This document shows positions 52,118-63,026 of a stretch of 64,000 bases of DNA, piece after piece. This DNA comes from Tubulanus polymorphus. Its lineage: Eukaryota; Animalia; Nemertea. The translations under genes were made by a program, and so were the position numbers. Positions within the stretch are counted from its first letter, which is position 1. Every line of letters starts with the position of its first letter. The notes under the pieces are model-generated. The model searched no databases, was not told the origin of the DNA, and saw only the letters and a program-made list of their open reading frames with translations. Location of the stretch: the NCBI RefSeq assembly GCF_964204645.1, contig NC_134032.1:3930175-3994174 (forward strand), read 5' to 3'.

Positions 52118-53367
52118 ATGAGTGGGGGAGTTATATCAATCCTTCTAAGAATCATAGAATATCTAATGCTATTAAAGCAGAAAGATCTCATCATATAATT
52201 ACTCATAACCCTTCAAATATTAATCCCGATGAAACTTTATATGTTAGAATTCCTCGATTAACACAAAATACTTTTTATGTTCCAAATAGTATTTATTTAT
52301 CAGCCGATATAAAAGTAATCGGTAATAATAATAATTATGTTGTTGATAATGTTGGAAGATATTTGATTAAAAAGTTAACAATAAAGATTGTTCCAGAAAC
52401 AGTTTTCTCATTAGATGATTATAATTTATTTATGCATTATAAAGATTTATGGTTAACTAAAGAAAATAGAAATAATATGATATTTCAAGGCATTCAATCG
52501 AAAAACCATAATAAATTAGGATCAGGAGCTAATGACGCAATAGTAACTCTTGCCACAGATAATTTGATAAAAAAGATTTATGGAAGCAAATATAAAATTC
52601 CATTAGACTTTGAATTGATAAATAATAATGCACCTTTATAAAAATACGCAATTCAAGAAGACGTTATATTCGAAATAACATTTGCTCCTGAAAATGAAAT
52701 TGTATTATCTAGCGTTGTTAAAGATATGAGTTATAAATTATCGAATATATGTTTAGAATATGATACAGTAACTGATGAAAATATTTCAAGTATAATTCAA
52801 ACTCAATACAATCAAGGATTTTCATTATTATATGATTATATTGATAAATTTAAAACCGTAACTATTAATGCAAATGATGAAATGATTAATGAGAATATCA
52901 ACTTCCCAAGAAGATCTATTAAAGGTATATTAATATTTTTTACCATTGCAACATATACTAATGGCGCAATAAATGTTGATAATTATTATAATCCTGAAAT
53001 AACAAAAGTAGAAATAACTATCGAAGGAATAGCAAATAAAATATTTTGTCAAGGAATGAGAATGATAGATCAATGGCCAGAAATTAGAAAACATTTTATG
53101 AATGAAAAAGTAAAATCATCTGAAAATTGTAACATTAATCAAATTGATTATTATACCGGCAATAAATATGCATTATGGTTAGATTTTAGAACAACAGAGG
53201 ATAATTCATTACATGGTTCTGGAAAAAAACTACAGAACACTAAAGATGGAATACAATTATTCATGACAAAGAATAAAGGAATCAAAAATTTTAAAATGCA
53301 CATTTATATTATATCTGATGCGCAATTAAATATTGTAAATTCACAATTAGATAGTGTTATGTATTAA
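52118..53367 (+). pseudogene. Major capsid protein (double jelly-roll hexon); frameshift near the start and TAA at 52639
   Basis: ITHNPSNINPDETLYVRIP..NICLEYD..NINFPRRSIKG..LWLDFRTTEDNSLHGSG; strongly similar to 61944..63014. Confidence 0.85.
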
Positions 53368-53399
53368 CATTTTAACTTTAATAAAAATCTATATAATAA

Positions 53400-54560
53400 A
53401 TGGAAGGTGGAATATATGAAATACAAACTCCAAGTGAAATGATATCAGATATATATTATATATTACCTTAGGATGAATACATTAAGTATTTTGGAGATTA
53501 CTTTAATCAATTCAAATATAGAATAAGTAAAATAAAAGATAATATTGAAACTAAAATAGAAAATAATATTGAAACTAAAATAGAAGATTAGAATGATATT
53601 GAATATAAAATAGAAGATAATATTGAGACTAAAATAGAAAATAGTAATAATATTGAAACTAAAATAGAAGATGTAACAGCATCTACATCTTATAATATAC
53701 CCTCTACATATGATATTGAATCAAAAAAAGATTATTATAATCCAAAATATTGTGATGTATGTAAGAAATATATATCATATAAAAATTGGGCATCACATAA
53801 GAAATCAAAGAAACATATAGAAATAGAAAAGAATAATAATGATAATAATATATCAGTAAGTAATATAAAAGATAACGTTAACCCAATTGAAACTAATGAT
53901 ACCATAGATAGTATAACAGATAATGTAATATATAATGTTAACCCAATTGAAACTAATGATAATGATATAACAGATAATGAAATAATTGATGATTCTAAAA
54001 AACATTGTAACATTTGTAATTTAGATATTTCTAAAAGTAATTTTTCTAAACATAAAAAATCTAAGGGGCACATAGAAAATGAAAAAGAATTAATATGTGA
54101 TTATTGTAATAAAGAAATTGAACCTGTTGATAAAATTACTCATTATAAATCAAAATTACATCTAATTAATGTTTATAAAAAAGTGGGTATGTTACCATTG
54201 TTAGATGAACCAAAGAAATATATCAAATATTTTAATCCTGAAACTAAACAATATCATATATTCTTTAAGTTGTTATTTGATAAATTATTAGCTTATGCAG
54301 AAGATAATCCTGACCAAATATATAAATTAGCGTATAATGGATACCTAGATTTATTTAATTTAATAAATGATTTTGAATTTGATTTTGATGGTGATAATTC
54401 TAATGATTACTTTGAAAAATTAAGAATAAAAGCTGGATTAAGTGATGATGAACGTAGAATGAAGGATGAAATAGAATTAATAAATATGCCAAATACTTCT
54501 GATGAATTTGATATAAACAAAGATGATTTCATAAATGTATTAGAAACAAAATTAGAATAA
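53400..54560 (+). pseudogene. Zinc-finger protein with IETKIEDN-type repeats; in-frame stops
   Basis: Three CxxC..H...K.H fingers (CDVCKK..HKKSKKH, CNICNL..HKKSKGH, CDYCNK..HYKSKLH); TAG stops near 53469 and 53589. Confidence 0.65.
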
Positions 54561-54569
54561 TTATTATAA

Positions 54570-54960
54570 AACTATTTATATATCTATAAAAATATTTATA
54601 TATCTATGCACTAGACGTATGAGTAAGAAAGTAAGAATCCAAGAATCCTTGCCAAGAAATATAAATTATAAACATAAATTATAAACATAAATTATAAACA
54701 TAGATTATAAACATAAATTATAAACATAAATTATAAATATAAATTATAAATATAAATTATAAACATAAATTATAAATATGAATTATAAACATACTTTTAA
54801 TATATGATTTATTCATTATTATATATTTCATTTAATAATTCATATTTCTATGGACTAGACGTACGTAAGAATCCAAGATTCTTGCCAAGAAAGTTAAAAG
54901 GTAAGAATTTACTTTCTTACTCATACGTCTAGTACATAGATATATAAATTAGTTTCTATA
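54570..54960. repeat. Inverted repeat enclosing a 12-bp minisatellite at the junction of convergent gene blocks
   Basis: 40-bp arms 54595-54634 and 54909-54948; about 11 copies of ATAAATTATAAA(C/T). Confidence 0.85.
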
Positions 54961-54980
54961 ATATTCCAAATTATAAATAG

Positions 54981-55592
54981 TTATTTCATAAATTTATATT
55001 CATAGGGAAATTGTAATCTCAGTAATAATTTTGAACCTTTATTATTCTTTAATTTATTCATATATTCATCATGTAATTCAGTAGGTATAATTTGATTTTC
55101 TTCCAATGATTGTTGCATCGATTTTTTATCTTTATTGTAGAATAAAACTAGAAATCTGATATTCTCCCTAAAGTCTTTAACAATTGAATTAAATTTTTGA
55201 TTTAAAACCCATGTTGTTATCCCAAAATGTCTCCCAGAGAAAGCTAGATAACATAACTCACTTTCTCTAACTTTTGAATCATGTAAATTTGCGCAATCAT
55301 CTACAATGAATAATGTATTTGATCCTTTATAAGTATCGATTGCTATTTTAATACAATTATCTAAATTTTCTTTTACTGTTTTAGGATCTAATATAATAAA
55401 CTTTTTCATCTTAACTATGTCTCTATTATATGTTTTATTCATTTCATAAGTAGGACAGAATAATATTATATTATCAAAATGATTCTTATAAATAGTTTCT
55501 AACAAGTCTAATATGAAATGTGTTTTACCACAATTGGTTACTCCAGTAACTAACATATTATGCGGTTCAAATATAAATAAATCTTTATTCAT
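54981..55592 (-). CDS. A32/FtsK-HerA DNA packaging ATPase
   Basis: Walker A GVTNCGKT, Walker B LFIVDD, SGRH arginine finger, LNQ. Confidence 0.93.
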   Translation of the reverse strand: MNKDLFIFEPHNMLVTGVTNCGKTHFILDLLETIYKNHFDNIILFCPTYEMNKTYNRDIVKMKKFIILDPKTVKENLDNCIKIAIDTYKGSNTLFIVDDCANLHDSKVRESELCYLAFSGRHFGITTWVLNQKFNSIVKDFRENIRFLVLFYNKDKKSMQQSLEENQIIPTELHDEYMNKLKNNKGSKLLLRLQFPYEYKFMK

Positions 55593-56554
55593 TTATTTTT
55601 TTAATTTTACTAGATAAAATCCATTCATTAAATTTATCATCGTATCCTTTATATTTCACGATAGAATACTTTTTTCCTTTAAGAGTTTTTGTTTTCAATA
55701 CTTTTTCTATTTTATATTCTATTTCTTCTGGATTTGGCACAAGTGATAATTCTTGTTCATAGAAATAACCTAATATTTCTTCATCTTTTATATCTTCTAA
55801 TTTATAAACAAAAGGTTTAGTTAACATTATCTTTTTAATTTTAAATATTTCTTCAGTAAAATTAGGGGTATAACCTTTATAAAAGGTTTTTCTATATTTA
55901 GATATTCTTACGTGTTGTCCTATTTTAAATTTAGGTCTTCCGAAATCATGTGTAACAAATGCTCCATATAAATTATTCCATACTATTTCTGAATTATCTT
56001 CTTTTCTAGCTTGTATAGGTTTCATATTTATAGAACTATGTTTAGAATTATTATAACCTTTCACTAAATCATCTAATACATCGATATATTTATATGTTTC
56101 ATAAGCAGTAAAATATTTCCACATTCTAGTTTTCAATGTTTTATTAAATCTTTCTATAATAGATGCTTTTTTATCTGAATGTGTTGAAAAATAATCTACA
56201 TCGTTATCAGATAATAGTTTTTTGAAATGCGTATCTACTGAATATCTCTATAACATTTAATATCCAGAAATATCGTATGTTGTATTCCTCTATGTTCTTC
56301 ATGTCAATTAAATTTGCTTGCCATTGTTGATCAATATATGAAACCATAACTTTTCTTGTTAAATAAGTTTTATCCATTTTCTTGTGGATTTGATATGTTG
56401 GTTGAATTTGTAACCATGATTTTAATTCACTATATTTTATATTACCATTTTCCTTATCAGATTTAATTTTACCCCATAATTCTGTAACGTTAGAATATGA
56501 TACTTCACTCTCTGGGTTATAATATAAATCTCTTAAATATTGTTCTTTTTTCAT
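55585..56554 (-). pseudogene. Retroviral-like (rve) integrase with C-terminal chromodomain; core partly deleted
   Basis: YYNP..WQANLIDM (first catalytic D reads N)..IFSRYAF, then jumps to KASIIERFNKTLK; chromodomain YKIEKVLK..VKYKGYDDKFNEWI. Confidence 0.9.
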
Positions 56555-56560
56555 CTTATT

Positions 56561-56920
56561 TTAATCCATCAATATTAATCTTGGTTTATTTTCAATGACT
56601 TTATCATTTGACTTATTTGGTATGATAGGTTTGTTGTCAATGGAATCATTATTGTTATCATCAGATTTGAATTTTGATTTATATATTACACCGGAGAATA
56701 TAATAATTGTAATTAACCCAATTGTAATATATAAGTAATTATTTCTTCCACTATTAGAAGAATCAGATGGATTATTATTTGAATCAATATCAGGTGATTC
56801 ATTTATATCAGTTAATTTCTTTTTCTTAGCTTTTTTTAATTCTGAAGATCTTTTACCTAATTCTCTTGCCCATTTAATTTGTTTTTCAGATCTAACCTTT
56901 TTCTTAACGCTATCACTCAT
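56561..56920 (-). CDS. Basic protein with a single TM helix
   Basis: RSEKQIKWARELGKRS..LYITIGLITIIIFSGVIY. Confidence 0.7.
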   Translation of the reverse strand: MSDSVKKKVRSEKQIKWARELGKRSSELKKAKKKKLTDINESPDIDSNNNPSDSSNSGRNNYLYITIGLITIIIFSGVIYKSKFKSDDNNNDSIDNKPIIPNKSNDKVIENKPRLILMD

Positions 56921-57507
56921 TTATTTTAGTTAATTTTTGTTCTGATTCATTTTCTGTTTCGACGTTTGGTTGTAGTTCATCTGTTTCATTCTTACCTGAT
57001 TTATATTCCATAGGTTTGATGTTCGAAAATGTTATGACGCCAGTAGAAATTAATGTCATAACCGATCCTAATTGAAATGAAGCGTATCCAACCCATTTTT
57101 GTAATTCAGTCATAACTAAGTAGTCATTTTTCAAATCACTATATAATTTATTTTCATCATTAATTGGTATTAACTGGTTACATAATTTTGAATAACATTT
57201 GACAATACCATCTGAAATAGAATCATTTATTCGGGCTAATCTTGCCTCTTCATAAATCTTAAAATATTTTATTACTTTATCTGGTTTCATAGCATCTAAT
57301 TCTTGAAAAGTAATGATTCTATTTAAAAACTCTTTAGTTTTTCCACCGGAAATCAATAGTTCTAGATGATGCTTACAATATAAATAGTATTCATAATCAA
57401 TATTACAATTAACAATTCGTTACAACTGTATCTTTATTATCACTTATACCCAAATCATCTAATGTCTTTTCAATATCAATACTATTCTTATTAGATTTCT
57501 TTGACAT
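56913..57507 (-). pseudogene. Conserved Polinton protein (homolog of 63667-64000), 5' part disrupted
   Basis: YEEARLARINDSISDGIVKCYSKLC matches YENRYSAAVSDSLINSILYGYSKLC; TAAATG start at 57507. Confidence 0.7.
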
Positions 57508-57754
57508 TTATATTAGAGAAAAAAAGCAAAAAAAATATTATAAGTATTCTTCAAATGATACTAGTATCTCTTTGGGTTAATACTAGTTAGTTAAAGGTAA
57601 AGAATTTTAGTATTAGTTATTGTTTTTTTAGTATTTTTTATTTGTGATATAAAGTATTCTTTTTTGAAAAGAAAATACTAAAAATATAATAGAATTCACT
57701 AGCTAGTTGAAGTTATTGTTTTTTTAATATTTTTTATTTAAAATCTATTATTCT

Positions 57755-58230
57755 TTAACCACTCATTAAATACTCAACGTATTGTTCATTATTTGGATCC
57801 TTGTTCCATTGATCAATAAATTTCTTTGCCTTTGTTAACTGTTCTAAATATAACTGTAAATCTAGTTTATTAGATTTGATTTGATTTTCTTTCTTTTCTA
57901 AAGGCCTTAAATTTTTCCAACCCCAAATAAGTTTTTTATTGTATTCATCATTCATATTAAATTTAGATATTGGTAACACGTGATCAATATGGTAATAATC
58001 CCCATAATTATCTATATTCATTTTATCATCGAATTGAAATATAATCCATGATTTGAGAAATTCAACCCAAGAACAACCCAATAGATTAGATAGTGTTTCT
58101 GAATGTGTTTCTTTGTTGAATAATTGTGTTAATCTAGATCTTAAGCATTGTTTCAATCTAAAATTAATATCTGTTTGATATCTTACTCTCATATATTCTG
58201 TCATATAATCATTGTAAGCTTCCCTATTAT
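57755..58230 (-). CDS. HNH (endonuclease VII-like) nuclease of the type common in large DNA viruses; 5' end lost
   Basis: LLGCS..MNIDNYGDYYHIDHVLPISKF..WKNLRPLEKKENQIKSNK. Confidence 0.8.
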
Positions 58231-58907
58231 ACGCGACGAGTGAGGGTTCGGGGTAGCAGACGAACCCCCTTAATTTTTTCAAAATTAACATATATTTTTC
58301 AGGTTTTTTTTCTTTGATATGCCTATGATAAATGATAAGCCTTAGCTTCGTTTCTCATCTTCTTCCTACGGACCGAATTTCAGCTATTCCGACCGTTCCA
58401 ACTATAAATGGATGATAGATGTGAGTATATTTCGCAAGATTTCTGATATTTTATTCGTGCCAAATTGTGTCAACCATAAAGTAACTTTATTTCTCTAACG
58501 GTAGATAGCTATCATGAATAAGACTGTATTCGTATCAAATTAATTAAACAAATATGCGAGAGTGCGTGCAAACAGTATGATACCATCAATCCTATATGGC
58601 GAATAGTTTGACAGTATCTCTAATGAATGGTGAATAGCTATCACCAGTAAGACTTGTAAATAAGACATTTTGTAACCACACGGATCTCTATCTCGTGAAA
58701 TTAATTTATCGATTCATCAGAGAATGCAGCCATTCCATGCAGCGGAGACGACCATCCATTAATATTACATGGAAATATGAGGGTTAAGATTTGGATGCTA
58801 ATTTGATTTGCTAGAATTTGAAGGCAAACAAGAAATTACAATAGGATATAACATTTAGAAGTTTCTAATAGATCTGTAACTCCTAACGTGCTACTTGTTG
58901 ATCCGAG

Positions 58908-59858
58908 ATGAATTATACTGAGATGCACTTAGTTGGACGACCTTACAGCAGTTACATCGTTCTAATGGCATTGGTGAACAAGTCTGGCACCTACCGTACA
59001 GTTTCATTGGTCATACTGCTTGTCATGTTCTTGTTAGGAGCGTTTGGAAATTCGGCTACATTCCTGATAATGATAAGTCGCAGATTCCGCAGTTTATCTT
59101 ACGCTAACTACCTGATCGCTTTGTCTATCAGTGATTTAGTGTTCTGTGTCGGTTTTACACTGATGCCTATTTTACAGTTTGTTCTCTTTAGTCCAAAGAC
59201 TGGTGAAATAATCTTGGTAGATTCACTGATCAGTTGTCAAATATACGAATTCTTAATAAATTCCATGGGCGCCAATAGTGCCTGGTTAATAGTAGCGATA
59301 TCTCTAGAACGTGCGACAGTTGTTCTCTTCCCGTTCACATCTCGTTTGATATGTACACCAAGATTCGCCCGATGCGTCATTGCTTTTATGTCAACAATAA
59401 ATGCATTCGTAATTGGTGTTCATCCTGTAGCAACAATGAAATTTGTTTATCCTTTCGGATGTTACTACAAGTCTTCGGACCAAACCTTACTTTTTATGGT
59501 ACGTGTAATATACGTTTTTCTTGTACCGTTAACTTTCATAATAATATCAAATTCAGTCATAATAATTCAGTTATTCAGAGGTTCAAAAATGGTTTCGTCC
59601 GATCAGAAAACTACAAAATCAAAACGTACAACAATAATGCTTCTAACAGTTTCACTCGCATTTGCAATTTTTACACTGCCAAACTCTCTGGTCGTACTTT
59701 TACCAATCTCACCGGAACATACAGACTTCCTCATAGATATTTCCTCCCAGCTCGAATCGTGTAATTATGTCGTGAATTTCTACATATACCTTTTACTGGG
59801 ACAAGAAATTCGTGAATATTTCTGTATGATAATCCGCTGTAGAAATTCATTAAAATAA
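58908..59858 (+). CDS. Intronless class A GPCR, paralog of 31354..32313
   Basis: 7TM; GNSAT, LSISD, SLER, NYVVNFYIY. Confidence 0.92.
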   Translation: MNYTEMHLVGRPYSSYIVLMALVNKSGTYRTVSLVILLVMFLLGAFGNSATFLIMISRRFRSLSYANYLIALSISDLVFCVGFTLMPILQFVLFSPKTGEIILVDSLISCQIYEFLINSMGANSAWLIVAISLERATVVLFPFTSRLICTPRFARCVIAFMSTINAFVIGVHPVATMKFVYPFGCYYKSSDQTLLFMVRVIYVFLVPLTFIIISNSVIIIQLFRGSKMVSSDQKTTKSKRTTIMLLTVSLAFAIFTLPNSLVVLLPISPEHTDFLIDISSQLESCNYVVNFYIYLLLGQEIREYFCMIIRCRNSLK

Positions 59859-61667
59859 CCATCGATTTCAAGTTTTTGATTTATTCAGCGAATATAATAT
59901 AACGCTTTAAAACAGTTTCATGAATTCTTCGTAAAGCTAATAATTACTGTACCGACCAACGGCCCCTATATGACCTTATTTCCTATGATACACGCGCGTT
60001 CCCCTCTCATTCCATAACCAACCTCCACTTTAAAATCGTATATTGCCTGCCTACAGTCCGTTCAGTCGGAGTGTCTGGTCCGGTATACGGAAGAAATGAC
60101 CCGAGAAAAAATGTCCCCAGAAAAAATAACAATAATAATAACGACAATATTTTAACATTTGATTACAAATAATAGCTCTACTTTGATTTGATCATTTGTA
60201 TCATAAATGTAACATCTTCTCAAATTTGACGTATCATGTAATGAGTTCATATGATCTCAATAAGCATAACTATTTAATGCCAAAATTCTTCCTATAATTC
60301 TCATGGCCACTCAATGCATTTTTTATGGTTAGTGTTTGTGCTAACAAGTTTGTTCTCTGGTATTATTTTGAGGTGAAATTGACTTTCAGTTTCAAACACT
60401 GGAGTCCTCTGATCGGGACAAAAGCTGTTGGTATTCAGTTCTGTGATACCACAGGCACTTGAATATCGGCTTTGATAATGGATAAATATTTGATAAATGA
60501 CCAGCGATACGTTAATCCTACTTCGATAGATCCGCCATGTTTGATAACGAATTTACCCATGATGCAATGCGCGCCCGTCGTTTAACTATACCATATGGAA
60601 AGGCTGGAAACGATGCTATCTCCGTAATGCTTAAATCTACCCGCAATTATCGGGACAGCGGTGACGTCACAACCAACCGAAGAGCCATGTCGATGATGTC
60701 CGATTGCGACTTCGGGAAAGTTCGGGATTGTTCGGACCACATCGGATGACAGGAAATATGGCGCGCTGATTGGGAACACAGCTGGGATGGATAACAACAT
60801 AATTTTACTGCTTTTACGCATGTTTGAAGGCCTTTAAAAGGAAAGTACACATAGTTATTGCTGCTGACATGCCTAGTTGTTTATTTTCCCATTTATTCTT
60901 ATCATGGGATGGAGGGGGTGCCGTCAAAACTTGTAGAGTGCAGTACCACCGAGCCAGCAGCATGAGGGATTCGATGGCATATTTGTCCATAATACTAATA
61001 GTCCTTTAGTTTGAAGTAATAATTCATAATGTTGGTTCTCTCACATTCCAGTAGGCCTTTTCATGCCCATTTCTTGAATTCGGCTGATACTTTCCACGAA
61101 TGTTCGACTTTTGGCCTGGTGTACTAAAACGCTGATTCTGGTTTGAGCTTGCCTTATAGAAGATGGACCCACATCTTTTTTGCCGAGTTCTTATCAAATT
61201 TAGTTTGGTTTTTCTTGCATTGTCCATTTTCGGAATTGGTTTCGTATCAACTTTTCAAAAGTTTCACTGTACCCATGTAGACTGAGCGGGGTAGTCTTTT
61301 AATAGTGTATTAAGTGCATTTACTAATGCGTTAGTGAGGTTTGGCCAGGTTTATAATGTTTCAAACAATTCATTACATTGTTTATGAGAATGGGCTTGTG
61401 AGCTACCCATTGAAGACTAGGTCACAGGCAGTTGCTGTTATTGCATTCACTTTTCCGTTTTTGAGATTTTGCAAGGTGTGTTAATGTTTCATTATCACAC
61501 TGGGCTTGTAATGGGCTTGTGATCTCTCTATAGAAGGCTGGGTCTGTGTACTTGCTGTTATTGCATTCACTTTTCCATATTTGAGATTTGGCCATGTGCT
61601 TATTGGTTTTTAAAAACATTGACTCGTTAATGCTGTGTCTCGTTTCCATATGAGAAATTGCTGAAAT

Positions 61668-61915
61668 ATGCTTAATCAACAACAATCAAACATCATTTTC
61701 TTAGCTACCGCTGGCCATAGCCTGTGTATTCTTGGTCAAGCAGGTACTGGCAAGTCGTTTTGTTTGCACCATATATATAAAACCATGCGTAGAAATGGTA
61801 AGGTGGAATCAGTTTGTGCGAGTACTGGCATAGCATGCCTCCAGCTCTAGCAATATGAATGCAAAGACTTTACATAGTTGGAGTGGTATTCAAGATGGAC
61901 GAAATTCGAAATCTG
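61668..61915 (+). pseudogene. PIF1-family SF1B helicase N-terminal fragment
   Basis: ILGQAGTGKS (motif I), CASTGIA (Ia), AKTLHSWSGIQDGR (Ib) after a stop/frameshift. Confidence 0.75.
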
Positions 61916-61943
61916 AATTATTTCATCGGTTTTTACCGGAAGC

Positions 61944-63014
61944 TTGAAACTCACGTTCGACCTCAGCAAAGAGGGTCCGGCTAATAACTTCTTCGTGAAC
62001 AACATTTTGAGGAACCTAATGGCCAGAATCGTTGACAAACTGGGTGGTGAAATCTTATCGGATTTGAACTACAGCTTCGTCTTCCAGACCTACAAAGATC
62101 TGTGGCTTACGGACAAAAGGCGAAGTAACATGATTCTGGATGGAATCGGCAACGAGAACTTGAGGAAACTCAGATCGGATGCAGAAGACGCCTTCAAAAC
62201 CAACACCAAGGAAACGATGATCAAGTCGGTGTTTAAGAACAGGTACGCCATACCCATTGATTTCGAACTGTACACGGACCACGGTCCTTTCTATCCGTTC
62301 GCAATCAACGAGGACTTTGTTAGGGAGATCACTTTCAACGAAATCAAGTTCACTGTAACCGGGAGTGCGGAGGCATGGGGATACTCCGTGAAAAATATAG
62401 CCCTCGAATACGACACCGTGCATTCGGCGGAGCTCGCCAGACAGATCGAAGCCGACCTGTCCGCCGGGGTAAGCTTCTTGTACGACTACGTCACGTTCTT
62501 CAGGAGTCAATCCACGGGAACCTCGACAATTCTGAACGTAAACGTTAACGTTCCCCGAAGGTCGATGAAGGGCCTGTTGATATTCTTTCAAGAAGAGTTT
62601 GACAACGGGCAGTACGATTCCGAATCCACCTCGTTTCAGAACCCTAACATCAAGAACGTCGATGTCACGATCGAAGGAATATCTCACAAAGTGTACAAGC
62701 AAGGACTGAAACCTTACCAACAATGGGAAGAGTGCAGAAGATTTCTGATGCCAGAATCGGCCAAAGAAACCGACGAGTCGCACATAGACGAGTTCTCGTT
62801 CTTCGTCGACGACAAATACGCATTGTGGATCGATCTCAGAAGCACAGACGACAACTCGCTTCACGGATCTGGTCTAAGGTTGGTCAACACAAAGGACGGC
62901 GTTCAGTTAGCCATCACCCGTACCAGCACAATGGAGTACACGATGTTCATTTACGTCGTAGCCGACGCCCAAGTAAACATCCAGAACAACCAATTAAAGG
63001 CGATTCTGTTCTAA
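61944..63014 (+). CDS. Major capsid protein, 5'-truncated
   Basis: YKDLWLT..NIALEYD..NVNVPRRSMKG..LWIDLRSTDDNSLHGSG; lacks the N-terminal ~60 aa seen at 52118. Confidence 0.85.
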   Translation: MKLTFDLSKEGPANNFFVNNILRNLMARIVDKLGGEILSDLNYSFVFQTYKDLWLTDKRRSNMILDGIGNENLRKLRSDAEDAFKTNTKETMIKSVFKNRYAIPIDFELYTDHGPFYPFAINEDFVREITFNEIKFTVTGSAEAWGYSVKNIALEYDTVHSAELARQIEADLSAGVSFLYDYVTFFRSQSTGTSTILNVNVNVPRRSMKGLLIFFQEEFDNGQYDSESTSFQNPNIKNVDVTIEGISHKVYKQGLKPYQQWEECRRFLMPESAKETDESHIDEFSFFVDDKYALWIDLRSTDDNSLHGSGLRLVNTKDGVQLAITRTSTMEYTMFIYVVADAQVNIQNNQLKAILF

Positions 63015-63026
63015 TGTATAGCGGAG

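Larger units (their letters stand above)
42350..58230. mobile_element. Polinton/Maverick (adintovirus-like) endogenous virus, near complete and decaying; ends not resolved
   Basis: pPolB, minor and major capsid proteins, A32/FtsK ATPase and rve integrase in a very AT-rich, intronless, gene-dense block; no TIR pair or TSD found. Confidence 0.95.

Noticed and set aside
43095-54560. Alternative genetic code or programmed readthrough explaining in-frame TAA/TAG in polB, MCP and others
   Set aside because: The MCP stop aligns with Tyr in the paralog and the zinc-finger stop with a hydrophobic position, not a consistent residue; frameshifts and deletions co-occur and TAA ends normal genes, so this is ordinary decay
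58231-58291. N-terminus of the 178-aa HNH ORF as annotated in the track
   Set aside because: Composition changes abruptly at about 58230; the first ~20 codons are flanking sequence fortuitously in frame
41780-58400. Terminal inverted repeats and 6-bp TSD of the large Polinton
   Set aside because: No reverse-complement match between left and right flanks was found by eye; the right end appears truncated inside the HNH gene
62055-62864. 269-aa antisense ORF over the second MCP
   Set aside because: Shadow of a GC3-rich coding strand; no motifs
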